Shown piece by piece: positions 54,718-63,913 of a stretch of 64,000 nt of DNA (its first letter is position 1; the number at the start of each line of letters is the position of its first letter). The position numbers and the translations under genes were made by a program. Under the pieces are notes generated by a model. The model searched no databases. It was not told the origin of the DNA and saw only the letters and a list, made by a program, of their open reading frames with translations. The stretch lies in the NCBI GenBank assembly GCA_964600895.1, contig CAZRKP010000004.1:125321-189320 (forward strand), written 5' to 3'. The stretch is from an uncultured Victivallis sp. Its GTDB lineage: Bacteria > Verrucomicrobiota > Lentisphaeria > Victivallales > GWF2-50-93.

Positions 54718-55986
54718 TCAGCTTGTCTTAATTCGATCTATGGATAAGTTCTTCCTTTTGACGTTTTTTGAGCTCTGATATATTTCTGGGCGTCGCCGAT
54801 CCTTGCGGAGGCAAGTCAGCCTGACATTCCGCAAGTTCAGCCCATGGACATTTTTCGCATAAAATCCCCAGGCTGGAAGCGGACGCGAGTCAAACTGCGG
54901 TGGTGGCGGCTGTGCTTTTGGATCAGCTGTTTCAGCTCCAGTATATTGAATAGACACGTCACAAAACTCTACATCTTCTATAGGTGCATTCATCCAACTT
55001 TCCACCGATGCCGCAGCCCTGTAAACCCCGTAGGCAGAAAGTCTGCTGACAGTTATGTCCTTTACAGTGTTTCCGCGGTCCTTGAGCCAGATCGTAACCG
55101 GGGAAGCCACGTTTTTCATGGTGTTGTCCACAATGATTATGTCTTCAAGAGGACCTTCGAAAGGAGACTAGGCACCCGGCTGCAGGATTATCCCCGACAG
55201 CATATTGTGCCGGTCGGTCGTCCTGTGCGGTTGCCTGCCAGGTCCGAAGAAAAGACAATTTTGGATTATTCCATGTGAAACAGGCCCTATGATCCTGATT
55301 CCGTTGCATGAGGAGTTGATTATGCAGTTCCTGATCAGCAGATTTTCAGCATAGCAACCGGCTATCGAATCGTCTCCCGTATAGAAATGACAGTCAAGGA
55401 TCGACAGGTTACGGCATGGTTTCCCTTCTAAGCCACGGAAGTGCACTCCGTCCCATCCGCCGGTGATCTTTACATCCCTCACCTCGGTGTCATCGCATCC
55501 AAGGATCATAACTGCGTAATTCGCAGAATCCGTCACAGAGATGTCTCTGATACTGATATTTTTCGAACCGGCAAAGAGGACAGTGTGCGGTCCTCTCATC
55601 TTTTCCTCGCCGTTCGGATTGAAGACCTTCTGGCCGTCTATGATGCCATCACCCAGTATGCTCACGTTCTCCACACCGACACCGAGTATCAAGGCATTGT
55701 GCCATGGAGAATCCTTTGATTTTTTATTCAGCCCGACATGGTTTTTATATTTTACAAGATCAGATGTACCAAGCAACCTTGCTCCTGCTTCCAAAAATAA
55801 TGAGACACCGCTTTTCAATATTACCGTTCCGGAGAGATATTTTCCCGGCGGAAACACTACGAGTCCACCGCCCTTTGCAGAGCAAGCCTGGATAGCCTTA
55901 TTGACGGCATTCGTATCGAGTGACTTGCCGTCACCGATGGCGCCAAAATCCACGACATTGAATTTCGATGTTTTATATTTTTTCAT
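54718..55986 (-). pseudogene. GH28 (polygalacturonase-like beta-helix) gene interrupted by one in-frame TAG
   Basis: The upstream part (55168..55986) starts MKKYKTSKFNVVDFGAIGDGKSLDTNAVNKAIQACSAKGGG and includes GWDGVHF, GDDSIAG and SSCNGIRII. It stops at TAG (55168-55170). The same frame continues ...ILQPGA*SPFEGPLEDIIIVDNTMKNVASPVTIWLKD... to 54718. Confidence 0.7.
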
Positions 55987-56003
55987 CTGATTGCGGAAGC
56001 CGC

Positions 56004-57230
56004 TTATTTTTCCTGTACGAAGCTTGCAATGAACGTTATCAGCATGCATCCCCAGGCATAGGTCTTGAGTAAATTGAACTGCAGGAAGTATATCACGGCT
56101 ATGAGCAGAATAAGCATCAAGGCTGCATAGGCGACAGTAAAAGTCCTTGGAAGCCCGGGCCTGCTCGAACAGGCTGTCATCATTGGAAAAACAAGGAAGA
56201 ACGGAATCACGAAAAACCAGAAGTAGTATGATGCCCCCATCATGATGGGATAGAAGGCGGTGATCAGGGCGAATGCAAGTGTCAGGGCAAGCACCCATGC
56301 CGTGATCTTCTGTTTTTTGTCCAGTGCGTATCTGCCTTCGGGATGGAATAGGAGAAGCATGTCGAAAAACGGCGATGCCGTCCACGCCGACAATACGAAA
56401 AGAAAATAGAGCATCGACACCCCCTGGGCATAAGGGAGGAGATCAGGGCGTTTTGCAGACACTGCGTTGAGGAGGTTCACCACCACGATGATTCCGATGA
56501 AGAAGAACCACTGGTATCTCGCCTTCAGGGAGCCAATCCAGAGGAAATACCTCAGGAAGAGGGAATATATGAAATTTTTCGCCTTGAGCGCCTCGACAAG
56601 TCCTATCCTTGCATATTCGTTGTGCGGATTGAATCTCAATGCCTCCTTGAAATGTTCCAGCGCCTTTGCCGGATCATTCCTGTGGAGACAGGTCCACCCG
56701 GTGCTTGCATGGGTAAAGCTCCCTTCCGGATCGTTTTGCAGCGAACCTTCTGTCACTTCAGCCGCTTCATCCTTGCGCCCGAGATTGTTGAGGGCAATCG
56801 CCTTGAAGTTCCGGCAGCCTACGTTTTCCGGATTGATCGCAAGGGCCTTGTCACAGGCATCAACACAGTCATTCCAGTCCTTGCGCCCGAGATGTACATT
56901 CGCCTTGGACTGCCAGTTTGAATCATCCTCAGGATCTATCCTTATCGCTTCTTCGGCATGGGACAAGGCCTTCTTATAGTCATCCTTTTGTATATATACC
57001 CCGGAAATCACACGGTGCGCCAGATCGCTGTCGGGTTCAAGGGTGACAGCCTTTTTGGCATGCTCAAGCGCCTCATCGTATTTTTCCATCTCCGACAGGC
57101 ACAGGGCAATCATGATGTGGGTTGATGAACAATCGGGATCATCGGCAAGATCCAGCATGAACTCCTTGGCGGCAAGCTCATATTTGGACTGTTCGAACAG
57201 CACCTGTCCGCGCTGGAAATGGGTATTCAT
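56004..57230 (-). CDS. TPR-repeat protein with C-terminal polytopic membrane domain
   Basis: The N-terminal roughly 210 aa are TPR-like (ALEHAKKAVTLEPDSDLA..., ALEHFKEALRFNPHNEYA). About 6 hydrophobic segments follow. Confidence 0.8.
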   Translation of the reverse strand: MNTHFQRGQVLFEQSKYELAAKEFMLDLADDPDCSSTHIMIALCLSEMEKYDEALEHAKKAVTLEPDSDLAHRVISGVYIQKDDYKKALSHAEEAIRIDPEDDSNWQSKANVHLGRKDWNDCVDACDKALAINPENVGCRNFKAIALNNLGRKDEAAEVTEGSLQNDPEGSFTHASTGWTCLHRNDPAKALEHFKEALRFNPHNEYARIGLVEALKAKNFIYSLFLRYFLWIGSLKARYQWFFFIGIIVVVNLLNAVSAKRPDLLPYAQGVSMLYFLFVLSAWTASPFFDMLLLFHPEGRYALDKKQKITAWVLALTLAFALITAFYPIMMGASYYFWFFVIPFFLVFPMMTACSSRPGLPRTFTVAYAALMLILLIAVIYFLQFNLLKTYAWGCMLITFIASFVQEK

Positions 57231-58636
57231 CGTCTTATGCCCAGATATTGCAGTATCTCATCGTAAAGACCTGCCTCATTCGCGTATAGGGCGTAGTTCC
57301 TTGCGGTTGAGAACCACTCATCTGTCGAAGGTCTGACCGACTTGACGGCACCTGCAAGATCGTTCTGCGACAGCGGTTCCGGAATACCGGTCTTCATTGC
57401 GGCCTTCAGCTTCATCTCTATCGCCTGATCTATTACAGCCCTTAGGTCCGCACCTGAAAACTTGTTGAACCTGGAAGCAAGTTTTTTAGTGTCTATTCCG
57501 GACTTCGGCTTGTCCTTGAGCATAATATCCAAGATGACGGCACGAGCCTCCTCGTCCGGCGGGGGCACGAATATTATCCTGTCGAAACGGCCCGGCCTCC
57601 TGAATGCGCTGTCCAGATGCCATGGAGTGTTAGTCGCAGCGAGAATCAGGACTCCTTCGTTGTTGCTGCCTATTCCGTCGAGTTCCGACAGGAACTGGTT
57701 TATCAGGTGGCGTCCGGCGCTCTTCTTCATATCTGAACGGCTTGCTCCGAGGGCGTCAACTTCGTCGAAGAACAGGACCGCAGGTTTCATGCGCCTCGCC
57801 TGTTCGAAAATCTGGTGGAGCTTCTGTTCGCTCTGACCTATCCACATGTCCAACACATCATTGAGCCCGACGGAAATGAAAGAAGCTTTTATTTCACCGG
57901 CTGTCGCCTTGGCAAGATATGTTTTCCCGCAGCCGGGAGGACCGTAGAGGAGAATTCCACCTCCTGCCTTCTTTCCATATGCCTCGTATAGTGACTTGTT
58001 AGTGAAAGGAAGGATGATCTTCATCCGGATCTCCTCCTTGATCTTTTCCATCCCACCTACATGCGAGAAGTTTATGTCAGGTTTTTCCATGAGGCCAGAA
58101 ATCTCATCTTCCTCCTTGCCATGCTGTCCGGGTCCCTCCTGCCAGCTTCCATCGGATGTTTCCGCAATCATACCTTTGTCAAACGGCCTTCCCCCGGCCT
58201 TTGCTGCCGGTGCTGAAGAAGGTTTTTCACCGGCGTTGTCAAGCTTCAGCTGTTCGAAAAGATTATCGTCCTTGAGTTCCGGTGAATCCTTTACAGCTGC
58301 TTCATATATCTGAAGGGCTTCCCTGGTCTGTCCTGATTCCAGTAGCAATCTTGAATAGAATATCTTTAGTTCAGGGCTCAATTCGCCTACGCCCATAATG
58401 TCTTCCATCAGCACCAGTGCGACATTCGTCTTTCCGAGCGAATGACTTGCCCTGGCAAGACCTGCTTTCGCGTCACAGTCGGAAGGCTTGGTTGCAAGGA
58501 TCGACTTGAATTCCTTTTCAGCATCCTCAAAACGCATGGCCTTCAGCAGAAGCTCTGCGAGATATTTCCTAAGTGGAATATTGTCGGGTGATAGCTTGAG
58601 AGCTTCCTGCAACTGGGATATGTTCTTATCGTCCAT
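57227..58636 (-). CDS. TPR-domain plus classic-clade AAA+ ATPase
   Basis: Walker A GILLYGPPGCGKTYLA, Walker B VLFFDEVDALG, SRH ATNTPWHLDSAFRRPGRFDR. There are N-terminal TPR-like repeats. Its stop overlaps the next gene's start (ATGA at 57227-57230). Confidence 0.9.
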   Translation of the reverse strand: MDDKNISQLQEALKLSPDNIPLRKYLAELLLKAMRFEDAEKEFKSILATKPSDCDAKAGLARASHSLGKTNVALVLMEDIMGVGELSPELKIFYSRLLLESGQTREALQIYEAAVKDSPELKDDNLFEQLKLDNAGEKPSSAPAAKAGGRPFDKGMIAETSDGSWQEGPGQHGKEEDEISGLMEKPDINFSHVGGMEKIKEEIRMKIILPFTNKSLYEAYGKKAGGGILLYGPPGCGKTYLAKATAGEIKASFISVGLNDVLDMWIGQSEQKLHQIFEQARRMKPAVLFFDEVDALGASRSDMKKSAGRHLINQFLSELDGIGSNNEGVLILAATNTPWHLDSAFRRPGRFDRIIFVPPPDEEARAVILDIMLKDKPKSGIDTKKLASRFNKFSGADLRAVIDQAIEMKLKAAMKTGIPEPLSQNDLAGAVKSVRPSTDEWFSTARNYALYANEAGLYDEILQYLGIRR

Positions 58637-58710
58637 ATAAGGAAGTTTCCTTTGTAAATGGTCGTATCAAGGCATGTAACTATAAAACTCCCTGGCCGAT
58701 TTTCCACAGA

Positions 58711-60993
58711 TCAGGCGAACTTTTTCATGGTCTGCCGGTATAGGTTGAAATCCCAGGGCGCTTCGCCGTTTATGTAGTGGTTGTAGCGGTTAGCCCCGTT
58801 GTATTTCCACTGCATCAGGAGAAACTGCAATGACTTGCTGCGCGGAATCTTCCCAAGGAATGACTTTCCGTTCGGCTCCATCACATAATTGCCGGAAGCT
58901 AGGACCTTTGAGGTTGAGATATCGGTGAGGGACCAAGCCCCCCTCTCCTCCTTAAGAGTGTCGTTCACTGCGACGATCTCCAAAGATCCTGACTCCTCTG
59001 AAACCATCAGCGCAACCGGCAATTGAGTCCGTGCAAGATAGTTGTACGCCAGTTTCTTTTCATAGTAGTAGTCGACAATTGCATCGGAGAACTGGGGCCA
59101 GCAGTCGATCATGTTCCACCAGATGATCCCGGTACGATCTGGTTTTCCGGCACGGAACATCTCGACAAAATATTTCTTCGCTTCTGCCTGCGTTATCTGC
59201 GAGGCCAGTATGAAATCGTCTATATTGTCCATATCTACGGACGTGCCGAAAAGGTGCTTCACCTGGTTCGACATCAGGTAATTCCTTCCGCCCATAGGTC
59301 CGTCGGCCTTTCCTGTGAGCCCTGCGGCATGGACTATCCATTCGTCGTTGTTGTACGAGCCCCAGACCTTGTCCTTCGAAAGGAACTTCATCATGCTCTT
59401 CTTCGCAGGCATCCCGTGATAGCCGATCTCGCTTGCGAACTTCGCAGTGTTCTTCGCGTAGAAGTCGGCCTTGAAATAGCCGCGTGGACCCCAGAGATGC
59501 TGTTCCGGAGTGGCGCTCGATCCGGCAAGGAAGAATTCGTCGGGGATATACGGAGAGCTCGGAAGATAGGGGCGATATGGATCATGGTAGCTCACCACAT
59601 CCTTCAATACGACTCTGGATATCTTGTTCTGTGATGGAGTCATAGTGCGGGGACCGCGCCATTCGAAGGTGGCATCGATCTCATTGTCTCCGGCCCAGAC
59701 AGCGAGTGATGCATGGTTGCGAAGTTTCCTGACGATGATCTCTGCCTCGTGTTTCACCTGCGAAAGGAATTCGTCGTTCTGCGGATATCGCGAACATCCG
59801 AACATGAAATCCTGCCAGACAAGCAGTCCGTATTCATCGCAGATATCAAAGAATTTGTGATCCTCGTAGACTCCCCCACCCCAGACGCGGATGATGTTGC
59901 AGTTAGTCTCCTGCCACATCTTGAGGATCCTCGGAATGCGCTTCTCGTCGCATGAATGCAATGCGTCCACCGGCACCCAGTTGCTGCCGTGAACATGGAT
60001 CAGGACGTCGTTGACATAGAATGCAAAACGGTTGTTCTTGACGTTCTTGAGATCGGAATTGATGTCCAGCTTCACGGTGCGGATCCCGACGCGAGTCTTA
60101 TATGTGTCTACAGCCTTGCCCTTGTGCTGCAGGACGATAGCGATGTCATAAAGGTTCTGTTCGCCGTATCCGGCAGGCCACCAAAGCTTCGCATTCTCAA
60201 TGTCAAAGCACATCTTGCCATGTGTAAACCGGAGTTCCGCCTTGCGTTCGAACTTGCTGTTCTTGCAGGCGCCCTTGACGACAAGTGAATAGTCGTTCCA
60301 ATCCGTATCCGGATCAAACGAAACTCCCCAACTGATCTCCACCTTGGCGGATTTCTTCTCCGAGTCGATATCCATTACGGCAAAATAGAAGTCCTCTGGA
60401 ACTATTTCGGCGGCGGCGCGGATGCGCAAAGACGCCTGACGCCAGATCCCGCCGAAAAGGATGCGCGGGGCGATGTCCCATCCGAACATATGCTGGGCCT
60501 TTCTCGCATATATAACCTCGTAGACGGGCATGTGGCAGAACTCGAACGCGCTCATACCCCATTTCTTCACTCGGGCTGCAGAGTAATCCATGATGTTGTG
60601 GATCTCGATGGAGAGCTCATGATTCTTCCTGCCGTTCTTTACGGCATCGGTGATGTCGACGGTATGCGGGATGAACATGTTCTCGACAAACGCAATCTTT
60701 TTTCCGTCAAGCTTGATCGTGGCGACAGTGTCAATTCCCTCGAAGACAAGTTCGAGCTTCTCGTTCTTGCCTATCTCCGGCGCGGTAAATGAGGTGTGAT
60801 ATGTGAAATCTGTCCGTTCCCATTTGTAAGTCAGCAGGGAATTATTTCCAATGTACGGATCCGGAATTATCCCCTCCCGAACCAGATCCACTGCCACATT
60901 CCCCGGCACGGCGGCATCAAGCCAGTGTTGCTTGCCCGTTATAGGATCCTCAAAAGCAAATTTCCATTTTCCTTCCAATTTGACAGACCGCAT
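58711..60993 (-). CDS. glycoside hydrolase family 2, beta-mannosidase-like (no obvious signal peptide)
   Basis: AGGAGG RBS. Motifs: WLDAAVPGNVAVDLVREGIIPDPYIGNN, NCNIIRVWGGGVYEDHKFFDICDEYGLLVWQDFMF. Confidence 0.85.
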   Translation of the reverse strand: MRSVKLEGKWKFAFEDPITGKQHWLDAAVPGNVAVDLVREGIIPDPYIGNNSLLTYKWERTDFTYHTSFTAPEIGKNEKLELVFEGIDTVATIKLDGKKIAFVENMFIPHTVDITDAVKNGRKNHELSIEIHNIMDYSAARVKKWGMSAFEFCHMPVYEVIYARKAQHMFGWDIAPRILFGGIWRQASLRIRAAAEIVPEDFYFAVMDIDSEKKSAKVEISWGVSFDPDTDWNDYSLVVKGACKNSKFERKAELRFTHGKMCFDIENAKLWWPAGYGEQNLYDIAIVLQHKGKAVDTYKTRVGIRTVKLDINSDLKNVKNNRFAFYVNDVLIHVHGSNWVPVDALHSCDEKRIPRILKMWQETNCNIIRVWGGGVYEDHKFFDICDEYGLLVWQDFMFGCSRYPQNDEFLSQVKHEAEIIVRKLRNHASLAVWAGDNEIDATFEWRGPRTMTPSQNKISRVVLKDVVSYHDPYRPYLPSSPYIPDEFFLAGSSATPEQHLWGPRGYFKADFYAKNTAKFASEIGYHGMPAKKSMMKFLSKDKVWGSYNNDEWIVHAAGLTGKADGPMGGRNYLMSNQVKHLFGTSVDMDNIDDFILASQITQAEAKKYFVEMFRAGKPDRTGIIWWNMIDCWPQFSDAIVDYYYEKKLAYNYLARTQLPVALMVSEESGSLEIVAVNDTLKEERGAWSLTDISTSKVLASGNYVMEPNGKSFLGKIPRSKSLQFLLMQWKYNGANRYNHYINGEAPWDFNLYRQTMKKFA

Positions 60994-61119
60994 AATCCTC
61001 CTGATATATGGCTCGGGAATATAGCGGTTTATTCGTCATACTCAAGGTAATTTGTGGCGTCTGCTGTTCCTCATGTTTCAATTAAGCCCATGAAATACAG
61101 CCTGGTATTTCCGGAAGTA

Positions 61120-61836
61120 TCAAGGGAGCTGGGAGTAGATGATAACGCCACCGCCACCCGTGGTGCCTGAATCCTCAAGCGAGTTGAAAGGCGTCCAGCT
61201 GACATGACCATCGTAGAAGCCCAGATTTGCCCCGTGGCAGCATGGCAACGGACCGATATAACGTGTTGAGGATGGATTGTCGACTTTGCTGTCGAACAAC
61301 TGCGCAGGTGAGACACCATGGTTGAAGCTGCCTCCCATGAAGTTATCGACCCGGTCCTGCATTAAGACCTGCAAATCCGGTTTTTTGGCAGCCCTCAACA
61401 GGACTGGAGCCGGAGTGCCATAAAAGGAAGGCGGGTTGTTGGGAAAATAGAAGAATGTCGAGTAGCAAGCGTTACGGGTATTCCTTGAATCCATCATCGA
61501 TGCTGCCAAAGGAAGAGCTTCGCACTTCCATGCCTCTGCATTTCCGAGATAATCCCTCACATAGTTCCTTAGATCATACGGGGGTGTGGACAAGGCGTAA
61601 TAGAAAATTGCCGGATCATAAACTGTAGAATTCAATCCTGGAGGCAGATAGTCCTGGTTGTCGCCGGCATATGTCACACAGGCAATAACACACTGGCGGA
61701 TATTTGATGCACATGCGACCCGGCGAGCCATTGTCCTCGCCGAATTCAATGCCGGAAGGAGCAGGGATGCAAGGATCGCGATGATTGCGATCACCACAAG
61801 TAGTTCGATCAGAGTAAAATTCGAATGCTTCTTCAT
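61120..61836 (-). CDS. prepilin-type N-terminal domain protein, H-X9-DG-like (P6)
   Basis: N-terminus MKKHSN|[33 protein letters not shown]-terminal motif [15 protein letters not shown]. The start is uncertain: upstream in-frame ATGs exist at 61845, 61854 and 61890, the last being the ORF-track start. Confidence 0.85.
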   Translation of the reverse strand: MKKHSNFTLIELLVVIAIIAILASLLLPALNSARTMARRVACASNIRQCVIACVTYAGDNQDYLPPGLNSTVYDPAIFYYALSTPPYDLRNYVRDYLGNAEAWKCEALPLAASMMDSRNTRNACYSTFFYFPNNPPSFYGTPAPVLLRAAKKPDLQVLMQDRVDNFMGGSFNHGVSPAQLFDSKVDNPSSTRYIGPLPCCHGANLGFYDGHVSWTPFNSLEDSGTTGGGGVIIYSQLP

Positions 61837-61949
61837 TCTACACATGTCTGACATCGTCAGGCATGGTTCTAATACTCTCTGTGTTCTCATGTCTCCGCCC
61901 TTTCAAACCTGTTCCGCTTATATGTCTGATCCCTCTAGGAACTGACTGA

Positions 61950-63707
61950 TCATATAGCTTCGAAGCTGTAGATATGCATCTTACCTCCACCCCATGCAGA
62001 TTTCAAACGCAGACGGCATCCCGTCATAGGTTCCTGCGGTAAATCGAGCATTACCAGCCGGCGACGGTTATTCTTATTACTGCATACTGTCTTCCATTTA
62101 CCTTTACAGCATATATCTACATCAAAATCCCTTGCGAGCATCGCAGGCATCTTGACTGGAGGATATTTGTCAGGATAGTTGCAGCGCAAACGTTTGAATA
62201 AAGAGAAGTCGCTGTCAAACACGATCCTGACGCGTTTGGCCTTGACCTCATTTTGCCAGGTCAAGGTGATTGTATCATTCTCGCCGCCCCACCAGCCGTT
62301 GTCTTTACCCGCAAGGGGCCTTTCAATACCGTTAAGGAGATTATCAGGTGAACCGTTTGATACGGAAACAGACGCCTTCTTTGTCAGAGCTGGAATTTTC
62401 CTGGCATGTCCCGGCAGATAACAGTCCTGCTCAATCAGGAGATCCTGGAGTTCACCGATTTTCTTCTCGTATATTCCCCTCGGGGTCAGCGATGTTTTTA
62501 CGGCAATCGCTGCCGCAGTTCCGACAGCCTGTCCCATAAGGGCGCAGGTGGCCATGACACGTGTCGAACTCATCGCCATGTGCGTTGCGGAAATATTCCT
62601 TCCTGCGAACATCAGGTTGTCGATGTTTTTCGAATATAGGCATCTGTATGGGATGCCGTATGGGGAAGGCGATGGATTGAAAACTGTCGGCTGTCCAGGA
62701 TGCTTGATACCTTCAGGATGATGGTCGTCCATCGGCCAGCCTCCATAGGCTACAATATCCTCGAAACGGCCTCCGGCTTCAACATCGTTCTGAGTCAGGA
62801 TATGATCTCCGACATACCGGACGTTCTCCCTCTTGCCGGGAAGAGATCCGATCCAGTCCAGTTCCCAGTTATGTCCTCTTCCATCGGGATGGTTCTTTAT
62901 GAAGGCCCAGACACCATATGCTATCTTGAGGAGTTCATCTCGGATGGCGTCGGCATCCTTGATCGTGTCGTTAACACCTCCGATCTCCAGCCACCAGAAG
63001 TTTGTCCAAGAGAGCCCTTTGTTTGCCCGGTTCGGCAGATCCTTTTCCTCATAATGGTTCGCCCAGTCGGGAGCTATGAATGGAGTATGCGTGTCTGTAT
63101 GGCGCAATTGTATCAATATTGAATTTCCCATTGTCTTTCCATCTGCCTTTTCAGGGGCATGGGATTCGTTGAATTCCGAGCGGGCCTCGCGGCCAAGGCG
63201 ATACAGGGCTCCGGACAGCCGTAAGATGGAATCTCCAGAACAATCCGAAAAGATTTTGGCTTCCACCTCGTAGTTACACTGCTCTACCAGGTGCCAGGCC
63301 TTGACACTTTTGATGTTTTTCCCTGCTTTGTCAAGGCTCAGATCATAGACCGCACAGTTTAGGACGACCGTAAGGTTTTCCTGATCCATGCATTTTCCAT
63401 AGAGGACATGGTCCCATACCGTATAGATAAGGCGTGGATTCAGGTAATAGTTTTCTATCTGGAGTTCCTCCAGTATGCCGGCCTCACGGACATCCTCGGT
63501 ATTCGGTTTATCCTTGTCGGCACCGCATATCCACATGCGGATCTCGCTTGAAGCGTTTCCTCCGAGGACAGGCCTGTCTTGCAAAAGAACTGTCTTTATA
63601 CCGTTCCGGGCTGCGGCAAGTGCCGCACAGAGTCCCGCCATTCCTCCTCCGACCACGCAGAAATCTGTGGAAATTTTTTTATCGCTCGTTGATATCTTTT
63701 TACTCAT
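61950..63707 (-). CDS. FAD-dependent oxidoreductase (FAD_oxidored-type) with C-terminal beta-sandwich domain
   Basis: AGGAGA RBS. Motifs: DFCVVGGGMAGLCAALAAARNGIKTVLLQDRPVLGGNASSE, RVMATCALMGQAVGTAAA. Confidence 0.85.
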   Translation of the reverse strand: MSKKISTSDKKISTDFCVVGGGMAGLCAALAAARNGIKTVLLQDRPVLGGNASSEIRMWICGADKDKPNTEDVREAGILEELQIENYYLNPRLIYTVWDHVLYGKCMDQENLTVVLNCAVYDLSLDKAGKNIKSVKAWHLVEQCNYEVEAKIFSDCSGDSILRLSGALYRLGREARSEFNESHAPEKADGKTMGNSILIQLRHTDTHTPFIAPDWANHYEEKDLPNRANKGLSWTNFWWLEIGGVNDTIKDADAIRDELLKIAYGVWAFIKNHPDGRGHNWELDWIGSLPGKRENVRYVGDHILTQNDVEAGGRFEDIVAYGGWPMDDHHPEGIKHPGQPTVFNPSPSPYGIPYRCLYSKNIDNLMFAGRNISATHMAMSSTRVMATCALMGQAVGTAAAIAVKTSLTPRGIYEKKIGELQDLLIEQDCYLPGHARKIPALTKKASVSVSNGSPDNLLNGIERPLAGKDNGWWGGENDTITLTWQNEVKAKRVRIVFDSDFSLFKRLRCNYPDKYPPVKMPAMLARDFDVDICCKGKWKTVCSNKNNRRRLVMLDLPQEPMTGCRLRLKSAWGGGKMHIYSFEAI

Positions 63708-63768
63708 TGCATCTCCTATTTTAAATCAGGCTAATCCATATAGATCTTTAATTAATTAACGTTAAAAT

Positions 63769-63827
63769 ATGGCGTATTAAAACTAAATCAACGCATTTAT
63801 GACCATATACTATGCATAATACGCCAT
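63769..63827. promoter_or_regulatory. inverted repeat ATGGCGTATTA-N37-TAATACGCCAT in a divergent intergenic region
   Basis: Perfect 11-bp arms at 63769-63779 and 63817-63827. It lies between the FAD-oxidoreductase start (63707) and the next plus-strand start (63914). Confidence 0.25.
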
Positions 63828-63913
63828 CATGTATCCATGAAAGGAGACCTTTGAAAAAAAGTAACTTCGCACTACCCTTATCTTTAAATCATTTCACATG
63901 GCAAGGAGCCCTG

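Noticed and set aside
55168-55170. TAG reassignment or pyrrolysine as the explanation for the in-frame stop in the GH28 gene.
   Set aside because: TAG is used as an ordinary terminator by other well-supported genes in the window (1562-1564, 25013-25015). No pyl genes are seen.
3731-61890. Interpreting the pilin-like genes as a type IV pilus or T2SS assembly locus.
   Set aside because: No ATPase, platform protein, prepilin peptidase, secretin or alignment-complex genes are present. The copies are dispersed singly among CAZyme operons.
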